A stretch of 63,927 bases of DNA, filler included, from Syncephalis fuscata S228 (Eukaryota > Fungi > Zoopagomycota), in the NCBI GenBank assembly GCA_025786725.1. It is 6 parts of 6 records of this genome, joined end to end, with 100 filler letters (N's around TTAATTAATTAA, not from the genome) between each part and the next. Parts side by side here need not be neighbours in the genome. Positions count along the whole stretch, not along the records: positions 12,350 to 34,403 come from JAHLTZ010000147.1; 5 more parts are not named here. One strand, written 5' to 3'. Positions 13,304 to 24,155 of the stretch are shown in pieces (position 1 is the first letter of the stretch; every line of letters begins with the position of its first letter). The notes beneath the pieces were generated by a model that saw nothing but the letters and a program-made list of their open reading frames with translations, searched no databases and had not been told where the DNA came from. Position numbers and translations under genes: made by a program.

Positions 13304-14672
13304 ATGCAGGACCCACCTAAGGATATTTTAGCGGTACTGGATGAAGCGTGCAAAATTGCTTCTGTGTAAGTAAATAGAAACGCTGTAGCAGTAGAATAAC
13401 AATCACTGCAGGTTACTAAATGGACAGAAACAAACCTGGACAGAAAGACAAAATGTTGAAAAGCTGGAACAGGAATGTAAGTAAAAACGTTAAACAGCTG
13501 CTAAACCAACCAACTAATATGTTTAAAGTACATGAAGCAATATGTAAGCGCAATCAATTAGCAGAAGACTTAAAGTTTGAAAAGAAAATGAAGCGGATAA
13601 ATGTGTGTTTGCCATGATATAAATAACATCAAAGCTTACTGGCGATATTTAATTATATTCTGAATAGAAAAGAAGAATCAAAAGAACAAAGATTTCATAC
13701 GGGCGAATAGTTTACAACAAAGGGTAAATATAAATAGCTATATTATAAATAAATACCTAATAATTCTTATACCAATCTATAATTAGGTTATTGATCAAAT
13801 ATCTGAAGAAAGCCGAATACGAATGCAGCCGAAATCTCCTCGGCATTCCGTATGACAGGCCGTTCTCTATTTCATTTTAGTGAAAATGAGATTGGTATAC
13901 GGCTTGAAACATTTTATAAAGGTAAATATTACCACTATTTTCACTACTGTTGCTACAATATTATTATTATTAATAATAATAACAATATGATATAGGTTCA
14001 TTTTATGAAACTTATTATATTAGATTCGACTAAAACTAGATAGTAATATCAGTGTTCATAACGATGATTTAAATCATCATTTATAGTTATGCATACTTTA
14101 CCTGCCTTTATTCCAGTAGATAATATTGGACGTTGTTATTTGACGCAAGATGTTTTAGTAAGTAGCAAACTAAATATTTTATAGGCTATTTATTAGTACA
14201 CTATCTGTTCTATTTAGGATAAAGATGAGCTTGACCTGTTTTTACGCGAGATAGATTTATATCTCTCATCGTATGTTTTTCGTCGAGAGCAAGTGAAAGA
14301 GCTGTATAAGCAATCATACTGTTGCGATATTAAGGTGGACCTTGAGCTTTGTGACTCGGTTCAATTTACTATACGATACAGTGAAAGGTAGATTATTTAA
14401 TGATAGTATAACTACTAAAATCATTGCAATATTCTAACGCCTATTAATGATAGAGAGATTTATGTCAAGCTGACCTACGACAATTTAAAGATATTTTATC
14501 CAAGTAAATTGGATGCACGCGAGAAAAGTAAATAGAAATTACATATGTTTATTAATAGTTAGATACTGATTTTAGTATAGCACCAGAATGGGAATACAGA
14601 CTGAAGCAGTTTGAACATAATCTTCAACAGTATTCAATGATCGATGCAATACAAAAAGAACTGTTTTGTTAA
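13304..14672 (+). CDS. MCM21: Kinetochore protein CENP-O/Mcm21, multi-exon (missed by the ORF track)
   Basis: N-terminal coiled-coil exons, then RMTGRSLF..IGIRLETFYKG..ETYY..HTLPAFIPV..LFLREIDLYLSSYVFRREQVKEL, which matches the CENP-O motif pattern. Exon boundaries are approximate. Confidence 0.7.
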
Positions 14673-14755
14673 TATGATGGAGCTGCGAAGTAGTATATAC
14701 TATACATATAGTCTTTATTACCTATTGTCGCAACAATAACCAATAGTAAATTGTA

Positions 14756-16181
14756 CTAATTAAACAATTTGGCATCGATTGCATTAAATAGTGTGTATGT
14801 TCCAGCTAACACACTAATAATGCCGGTAAATAAAGCAAATGTTGTAAAAATGGCTCTAGAGTCAACTGTGCTGGCTGATTGAGCTTTTGACTGATTGTCA
14901 TTTGATGCAGCATCCTTGTTATTTGGTTTATCTTTCTTATTCAATTCTACCGACAGTTGTTTATGCTTGTCTGTAATTGGATAATGAGCGTGTGTCAATT
15001 CAGCGCTTTGCATTCCACCAAAGAAATCCATTACAGATACCTAAATATAGTATGATAAATAAAAGTAACAAATACAAAACTGATAGCTTACTTTATCCAA
15101 TGATTTTGAGTACAAGTCTAATCGAACGCCATGATTAGACCGCATTAAATCAAAATTAAATGTATCAAACTAGTTTTATTTGTTAGTATTAAACAATAAT
15201 GCTTATTTATGGTGGCTACATACCAATTGTTGGAAAGTCGTACTATTATCCTTATTATTGACATTCTCCATAAATTTTAATGTATAATAGGTATATCTAT
15301 CAATGACAGCCACGCCAAGGTCACCATCGGCCTGGTATGAATAGGAGTTTTCACCACGCTCACTACTACCAGTAGCCAATACATTAGGCGAGTCGATTCG
15401 TTCGTATAGCGTATTAGCTTGACAAGTATCTATCATAAATAGAATTTCGTGGTATCTAATAGACAATAAGCGTTAATATACAATAATTGATCAGTAAATT
15501 GCTCGTTTTACCGTCGTTTCTCGTGCATCTGTGCTATTGCATCAGCAATATCCTGTCCACCAATCTCTTCTGCATCTTGAAACTTAAGAAAATCGTCGCC
15601 ACCATGTCCGGCCATAAAAATAAGAATATTAGATCGATCGTCGGTCAATAATCGCTTTGAACGAGGCACCTCTGGCGTGTGGCGACCCGTTAAAAGACGA
15701 ATAAAGTTTTCAACTGTAACATCGTAGCCGCGATAGTCGACTTCGATGTTCTGTCCAACTAGTTCAAGCTGTTTGCTCGCACTATTGTACACGGTGCCTG
15801 GATAGGCGTTACGTCCGTTACAGGCAACATCGTCGGCAAGCATTAATATAATATTAGTATCAGGAATTCCAAGTCGTTTAACTGTGCGATAGATGGAAAG
15901 TGTATCGGCAATATGGCGATAGTTGAACCAGTACCGAGAAGTACACACCTAGATTGCAACTTTGTTATGACTCTTGCGAATAAACAACAGCTCTACATGC
16001 TTACTAGAACAGCCCAATTATTTGTATGACCAGTGTTGCCAAAGAATTCACGTAATCGCGGCTCAGTCGTGGCTGCAGCAGGCACCACTGTTTCTACAAT
16101 AGTATCGCCCTGTACTAGTCCCAACAGTAGCTGTTGGTATAGTGCCAGCAGTGACACTAGCCACCAGTATATAGTACGCAT
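14756..16181 (-). CDS. GPI8: GPI-anchor transamidase catalytic subunit Gpi8/PIG-K (peptidase C13), copy A, 5 exons
   Basis: Signal peptide [21 protein letters not shown]|[11 protein letters not shown], catalytic GHGG and DTCQA, and a C-terminal TM helix. Confidence 0.93.
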
Positions 16182-16480
16182 CTCTGTACTGTATATACTA
16201 CAGTAAACAATAGAATATATCAAATAGACCAACAGTAGTCACAGCAGCAACACCAACAATAACAGCAGCAATAGTGGCAAATAGTAATAAGCAAGATGAA
16301 AATAAGTAAGAGAAAGGAGAAGACCAAGAAGGAGACAATATATTTGTGAGGTGTAAATACGAGAAAGCGTCACCACTTTATTTCTTTACTCTAGTCGAAA
16401 GATTTACGCCAACTTAGACAATTCACTGCACCTTACTGCCTTCGACTGCATTGGAATAAGTCCTAGTGTATCTGTTTGGT

Positions 16481-17418
16481 ATGAGTCAAATAGGCTTTTC
16501 TCTTGTGGGATCAGACTACGGCTCGGACAGTGATAGCGAGACCAGTAGTCCAAAACCAACACCTCAACCAATTGCTAGTCGGGTGGATAACATTGATGCT
16601 AGCGCGACAAAAACCGCTTCACCACAAGCTAGCACTAAGCTTGATACTGCAGATATTCCACAAAATGATAGTCAATCTGATAATACAGAACAACTGCCTG
16701 TCGCTATAGAAGTTGATCAACAAGAGACGGTTCAGCCCGAATCATTAAGCTATCCCTGGCCACCTCCTATACCTGGTGCCACAACTGAGTGGGGTCTAGC
16801 ATCACCAACGACGGCTATTTGTGACGAAGATTTTCAAGTAAGTTTTTTAAATTGATTGACGCGTTTAAAACAAGTATGTTTATAGCAACAAATTAGGCCA
16901 AAATTGCCAATTGGCACGAGTTAATGAAAAACGATCAACTTTACTTTAATGATCGTCTACTTGGCAGTCAAGCCTTTCGAAACCCACAGCTTTACGCAAA
17001 GCTAGTCGAGTTTTTTGAATTAGATGAGTTTGGTTCCAATTTACCTAAGGAAATATATGATCCTCACGGCTTTCCGGCATCAGGCTATGCGGAAACAATT
17101 GGTTAGTTACTGGCATATACATTCATATATATATATATATACCAAGTAGTTAAAAATGTTTACACGCCTAATTATTAATTTTAGTCAAAGAACAACAACG
17201 GAAGGCCGAAGAGCGAGCATTAGCGCATCATGCTCGTTCACAAATACAGTTTGTTAGCACTACGCCGGCTGTGGCCACCACTACAAATACTACCGAGTCA
17301 CCAAGCGGTAAACTAAAAGCTTAATTTAACTATTCAGTATGAATGCATCTAACACAAATGAGCAGTAGGGAAAACAAGCACTAAACGACGCGGACGATGG
17401 GACGTAGTCGGCGAATAA
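16481..17418 (+). CDS. SAP30-binding protein / HCNGP-like protein, multi-exon
   Basis: N-terminal LVGSDYGSDSD, core FNDRLLGSQAFRNPQLYAKLVEFFELDEFGSNLPKEIYDPHGFP, IQFVS, and C-terminal KRRGRWD. Confidence 0.85.
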
Positions 17419-17633
17419 ATTGCAGCGGATGCATAATAATATACTGTTTATTCTGACCTATTAAGCTAATTATAGCTGACTTTTATTAATTGTATTGATT
17501 TTGTAAATAATTTGTTAAATAAGCAGAAAACAAAATAATATATTTAGTATTATATGAATATTTATTGCTATAAATGATAATAAACTTTATACAATTTGTT
17601 TATGAACCATTTATTAGCATTTTCGTGTCATTT

Positions 17634-18570
17634 GAAGGTCAAATGGCTACAAGTGATAACATTCGCGTAGTTGAACTACATTTTTGTTCTATTGAACATG
17701 GGGGCGAGTGGTGAGTTTTATTTAATCGTCACATCATCACACTTATTGTTTTGTTTGGTGGTCAAATGACTATTTTTAATAACATCCAATTTATTGAACA
17801 TGATGGTGGGTGGTGAGTGACATCAGTCATCAAATACTCATTATTGTAGTTTTATTGTCCAATATGCATATATCCTCCATTTACTTACATTATTCACATT
17901 CTGTCCCACACTACTATGTATCATTATATGTTATACTGAATACATCGTATTGTTATAAGTTTCAATTACATATAGCCTGCCGAATGAATGAGGTGAATGA
18001 GTTGAGATTTATTAATGATAGTACCAAGGTAAAAAAAACAGTTGCAATAGTTGATGCGTATTTATTAGACAATAAATTGATATAAAAATATAATGAATAT
18101 GCAGTATTGAACGCGATTAGCAATGCTCAAGCTAATGAGCATTTATACATGATCAATGACCGACATTAGTCGACATTTATTAATAATAAAGCTAGAGCGA
18201 AAATAAAAGTAGCTTTGGATAGAGAAAAATAGGTGATTATGAAATAGTATATAAAATGATAAATGTACAATAAGAAGGCATATAAAACGGTATTGATGTT
18301 ATAGTGCATATAATGCAATGAAAGGAATGAGTAAAGTGTAATGCAACATATAAACAATAGAATGTATCTAGATATTATAGCGTGCTATATGGTAGTATGG
18401 AATAGAAGGGGAATGATATTTGTAATATAGTATATATGCATACTGAATATCAAATCTATGGTGATGAGTATTTTAACCTTTGATGTCACTCACCATCCAC
18501 CATCATGTTCGATAGAAAGATGTGTAGTTCAATTACGCGAGTATAATTAATTGTAGTCATTTGACTACCA
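17634..18570. mobile_element. Foldback/MITE-like element, family A (copy 2), inside the spacer between the GPI8 arms
   Basis: The left arm 17634-17850 is the reverse complement of 61920-62152. The right arm 18460-18570 resembles 3316-3400. The interior matches 2970-3300. Confidence 0.65.
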
Positions 18571-18932
18571 AATCATTCTAAGCGGTTTAATAAATTATTT
18601 ATAAACAAATTGTGTAAAAACTAATTAACCCATACCAAACAGATACACTAGGACTTATTCCAATGCAGTCGAAGGCAGTAAGGTGCAGTGAATTGTCTAA
18701 GTTGGCGTAAATCTTTCGACTAGAGTAAAGAAATAAAGTGGTGACGCTTTCTCGTATTTACACCTCACAAATATATTGTCTCCTTCTTGGTCTTCTCCTT
18801 TCTCTTACTTATTTTCATCTTGCTTATTACTATTTGCCACTATTGCTGCTGTTATTGTTGGTGTTGCTGCTGTGACTACTGTTGGTCTATTTGATATATT
18901 CTATTGTTTACTGTAGTATATACAGTACAGAG

Positions 18933-20352
18933 ATGCGTACTATATACTGGTGGCTAGTGTCACTGCTGGCACTATACCAACAGCTACTGTTGGGACTAGT
19001 ACAGGGCGATACTATTGTAGAAACAGTGGTGCCTGCTGCAGCCACGACTGAGCCGCGATTACGTGAATTCTTTGGCAACACTGGTCATACAAATAATTGG
19101 GCTGTTCTAGTAAGCATGTAGAGCTGTTGTTTATTCGCAAGAGTCATAACAAAGTTGCAATCTAGGTGTGTACTTCTCGGTACTGGTTCAACTATCGCCA
19201 TATTGCCGATACACTTTCCATCTATCGCACAGTTAAACGACTTGGAATTCCTGATACTAATATTATATTAATGCTTGCCGACGATGTTGCCTGTAACGGA
19301 CGTAACGCCTATCCAGGCACCGTGTACAATAGTGCGAGCAAACAGCTTGAACTAGTTGGACAGAACATCGAAGTCGACTATCGCGGCTACGATGTTACAG
19401 TTGAAAACTTTATTCGTCTTTTAACGGGTCGCCACACGCCAGAGGTGCCTCGTTCAAAGCGATTATTGACCGACGATCGATCTAATATTCTTATTTTTAT
19501 GGCCGGACATGGTGGCGACGATTTTCTTAAGTTTCAAGATGCAGAAGAGATTGGTGGACAGGATATTGCTGATGCAATAGCACAGATGCACGAGAAACGA
19601 CGGTAAAACGAGCAATTTACTGATCAATTATTGTATATTAACGCTTATTGTCTATTAGATACCACGAAATTCTATTTATGATAGATACTTGTCAAGCTAA
19701 TACGCTATACGAACGAATCGACTCGCCTAATGTATTGGCTACTGGTAGTAGTGAGCGTGGTGAAAGTTCTTATTCACATGATGTGGACAAAGATCTTGGC
19801 GTGGCTGTTATCGATAGATATACCTATTACGCATTAAAGTTTATGGAAAATGTCAATAACCATGATAACAACACTACTTTTCAACAATTGGTATGTTAAA
19901 TAAGTAATATTGTGTTTAATACTAACAAATAAAACTAGTTTGATACATTTAATTTTGATTTAATGGAATCTAATCATGGCGTTCGATTAGACTTGTACTC
20001 AAAATCATTGGATAAAGTAAGCTATCAGTTTTGTATTTGTTACTTTTATTTATCATACTATATTTAGGTATCTGTAATGGATTTCTTTGGTGGAATGCAA
20101 AGCGCTGAATTGACACACGCTCATTATCCAATTACAGACAAGCATAAACAACTGTCGGTAGAATTGAATAAGAAAGATAAACCAAATAACAAGGATGCTG
20201 CATCAAATGACAATCAGTCAAAAGCTCAATCAGCCAGCACAGTTGACTCTAGAGCCATTTTTACAACATTTGCTTTATTTACCGGCATTATTAGTGTGTT
20301 AGCTGGAACATACACACTATTTAATGCAATCGATGCCAAATTGTTTAATTAA
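18933..20352 (+). CDS. GPI8: GPI-anchor transamidase catalytic subunit Gpi8/PIG-K, copy B, 5 exons
   Basis: Inverted copy of 14756-16181. It appears identical except for the 3' part of exon 3, intron 3 and one codon of exon 4. Confidence 0.93.
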
Positions 20353-20822
20353 TATAATGTACTATTGATTCTTGTCGTGATAATAGGTAATAAACGCTAT
20401 ACATTAATATTTATAATACAAATGTAGTTTAACTATGTAACTACACTTTAATTATAATGTTTCACTAAATTAAACATTATAATTGCTAAATGTTTCACTA
20501 AATTAAACATTATAATTGCTAAATGTTTATTTGTTAATGCTATACTTGCTATTCCTATTTACAGTAACAATATTATAACTATTATATACACGTAGATTCA
20601 ATACAAATCCAGCATATTTATTTCAATCCATTACGTTTATTACAAAAAAATAGAATTCGTTTCACTTTAACAATATAAATTATACTTTTATAGGTATGCA
20701 TATGCGCAATAAGAATGAGATAAAGTTAGGAACTAAAATACCATCATCGATAATATTACGACGTCTTTTTATGCACACTCTAGAGTCAATTCTACGAATA
20801 TTTGCATTAGTCACTATTTCTT

Positions 20823-21819
20823 CTAGTATCGACGTCCACCGCCTTCTTCGTTAGGAGGTGGGCCACGATGATAATCACCGCCAGGTGGTGGTCTGCGATA
20901 ATCGCCACCGTTGCTCATGTGTGGCGGAGGACCGCGAAAATCACCACCATGAGGTGGTGGTCCACGAAATTCACCACCAGGTGGCGGCCCACGGAATCCA
21001 CCTCCCGGTCCACCTCTAAAATCTTCTCTAGGTGGACCGCGAAAGTCTCCTCTTCCTCCATGGTGATAAGGCCCATTATGGTGTGATGGCGGACCACCAC
21101 CGCCGTAGCCACCACGACCCGGTGGCCCATCATTAAACTGGCCTGGTGGTCCACCGTGAGACATAAAAGGCCGTGGCGGATACGGACCAGGCCGTCCACG
21201 CCATCCACCTGGTGGTCCTCCGCCACGTCCACCTCTGTAGCCGCCACGACTTGGTGGGCCAGGATCTACCATTGGCGGCATAGGTGGGAATGCACTAGCT
21301 GGTGCAAGTAACTCTAGAATAAAATAAAAATTAATTATTAATTAGTTAGTTAATTAATTAAAAATACACGTTATCTGGCATAGCAATCATTTTACCTGGA
21401 GGTGGCTCCATATTAACATCACGGAACGCTTTAACCAGTCTTTCAATAACCGCTTGAGTTTTTTCAGGACTCAATTCTATATTTATTAATTATATCGCGT
21501 TAGTCTATTGTATATATTTACATAAATGTTTATTTATTCTTGATGCATTGTAATCGCCAATTTATTTTACTTTGCTTACTTAAATACAACAATCTTTATC
21601 TAGCAATCGTACTTACCTGCATAGTAGTTGCGTACATGCATAGCATGCTTCCAACCGGTATTGTGCGCTCTTCGCACCGATGCCGAGTCATGCGTCAAAA
21701 AGATGTCGCAATAATCTAAATAAATTATAAGTAGTATCATATTATTAGTGTTATTAGCCGATCTAGATCTTAGATGGATCGTATTGTTAGCCATACTTAC
21801 CACAGTAGTATTTAGGCAT
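20823..21819 (-). CDS. YHC1: U1 snRNP protein C (U1-C), multi-exon
   Basis: MPKYYC|[24 protein letters not shown] zinc finger followed by a Pro/Gly/Arg-rich tail. Confidence 0.92.
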
Positions 21820-22787
21820 GGTGATTGCTTGCAACACCTACCATGAATCAAAAAGGTCGACGAGTAATCCCCACGCGAATATATTTAAGGAAAAGAAGAG
21901 GGAGAAGCGTAGCGTATCAATAGTGAAAAAAGACCGATTATAATGTGAATACCCTTTGGCTCACACACACACGCATAAAGTATGCTCACCTACACTTCTA
22001 TACACTGACAATAAAGTGTATTGGATCGAATTGAAATAGAACAATTCAACTTGGTCGTTTATCTATAAAACCATACCTTTCCCCCCATCTTTTCTCGGCA
22101 ACTTCTCTTCCTTTTCAACTTTTATTGGAATCATAGTCGTTTACAAGGCTCACATACGTGTTTACACACACGCCTTTTGATCAATCCATCTCGTTTACTA
22201 CTAGTTTATCTGTTTGCGTAGACTAATTGATCGTTGATCGTTTATCTACTGCCTACTGTATTCACTACTACTACCACCGCTCTTACAAGCATACACTGCT
22301 CCAAGCACACTACTTTTCTTCGTAAATAGTGTTGCGGGAATACCCCTGGTGAGTTTTATGATGCATCGTGTGTCTACAGGCATATACTTGGCTATACAAG
22401 CTGTGTTACCGCAGTACACTGATAGGCCTATTTGTATATGGTGTACTAATCGGCTGTTTTCTTGACGTATATTCTATAGGGTCGTCCCGCAGTTAGTTAC
22501 CAGCACACTGGCACAAGCTCTGGTTATTCTTTTATTCTCATCCTCTTCCTGCTGTAGTAAAGACAACAATTGTGTCTTAACTATCGAACTGTAAAGCGAG
22601 CAACTATCACTCGTCTTTGTCTTTATTACTGTGCTTTTATCCTTCTGACCTTTTATTTTAAACCACTTTCTGCTATTTGCTGTGCCGTTTGATCAACAAC
22701 ACGATCATCTGCCCAGCTACTGTCTTGACTATACGTCCTTTTTCTTTTACCATTTCTCGCGCTACCGCCGCCACCACCACCGCTAAA

Positions 22788-23502
22788 ATGTTTGCCACAC
22801 CAACTGTATCTGCCGAGGCGAGCAATAATAATCATCCATTAAATAGTAGTATACCAATGCAGCAGCTCCCTGCCGGGCAATTTGGAGCTGCTGCACCTTT
22901 GATCGCCAGCCCGGTAGAGGCAGCTGAATTCTGCCTTGCTACTTGCTGCTTGCGTCGTGCTTCTAACAGCCGCAAGGAAAATTACGTTTATACGATCGGT
23001 AAAAAAGCCGGGTGGTATGTTTGACACCCCTTCGGCTAAAAATGACACAGGAGGACGAATAGGCGGCGTATGTACTGTTGGCGAGGACGAACGTAACTGC
23101 AGCGATTCTGCAGTATTGACGTCATCTCTGGCCAGCCATGTGTTCCCTGGCCGCTCGATTACTATTGACGCTATGTTGCAAATCAGTTCTACTGCACATA
23201 CACAGCAGTCTACTGACAGCAATAACCATTGTAATTGGGAGGCATTCGTTGCCAATGAAGTGATGTTTGTATGCCCACCAGCATATGATATTTGGGCTGC
23301 CAACGAGTTCAGAGAAAGCGTTATTGCTCTTCTTGAACTGGCCGAAGGCATTAACTGTGGCCAAGTAGTTATCTGTCTTAAGAAGGAACGTACCGACTCA
23401 TCCGACATGATGCGCGCCTTTATGTATGCCGGTTTTGAGCTTGTCTATCCCAACGTGTTCCAGCATGACTCGTCCTTCGTTCTACTTGGTTCTGAAGTGT
23501 AA
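22788..23502 (+). CDS. OAZ1: Ornithine decarboxylase antizyme, expressed via a +1 ribosomal frameshift at GUU-UGA (23019-23024)
   Basis: ORF1 (22788-23024) ends ...GGG TGG TAT GTT TGA C. The +1 frame continues GAC ACC CCT (DTP) into the antizyme domain (RESVIALLELAE..C.QVVICLKKER...MRAFMYAGFELV). Confidence 0.93.
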
Positions 23503-24155
23503 CGTGACTATTCACCAGTAATACACTCGTCCCGTCTATTCTTATCCCTTTAGTCGTTTACCATTCGCTACTATTACTACTACTGAATTTGGATGTTATA
23601 CAACATTATCTATTGATATCATTAATCGATATTAATATCGAATTAATGGTTGTTATGGATAACATGCGCGCGTGTGTGTATGTGTGTGGCTGCGATGATT
23701 TATCATTGTATCCATAGTGTTGTGCATCTGTTTTCTTTTACTATCGCTATTAGTCCGTATTTCAATAAAATCGCCGTAAATAAAATAATGATGTGTTTAT
23801 TAATTACTGATTACAATATGCAGACTCAATACTAACAACAATTAACCAATGAAATAAAGATCTGAGTGTAATAAGCAGCCAATCGATTCTTTCCAGCACA
23901 CACACACACAATGTACAGATAGCACAGTAGCTGTATTGATACGTCTTACGCCTCTTCTCGTTTGTTATTGACACGTCTATTATTTTGTGGCTTAAAGCTG
24001 ACGGTGTATCCGCTCATCCTGCATCGTTTCATTTGATTGTTGCTATTTTTATTGTCATTTATAAGCAGCGGTGCAGCTAGAGCGAGTATTCAACAGAGTA
24101 TTTGGCGTTATCGTGGAATTCACTCTAGATTCTTGTTTGCTACTAATCGCCAACT

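Noticed and set aside
14756-20352. GPI8 inverted duplication as an MDA/assembly chimera
   Set aside because: The copies differ by many synonymous and non-synonymous changes in one patch and in the 3' UTR, which a chimera would not produce.
20458-20525. Exact 33-bp tandem duplication downstream of GPI8 copy B
   Set aside because: A simple local duplication in AT-rich intergenic DNA with no further structure.
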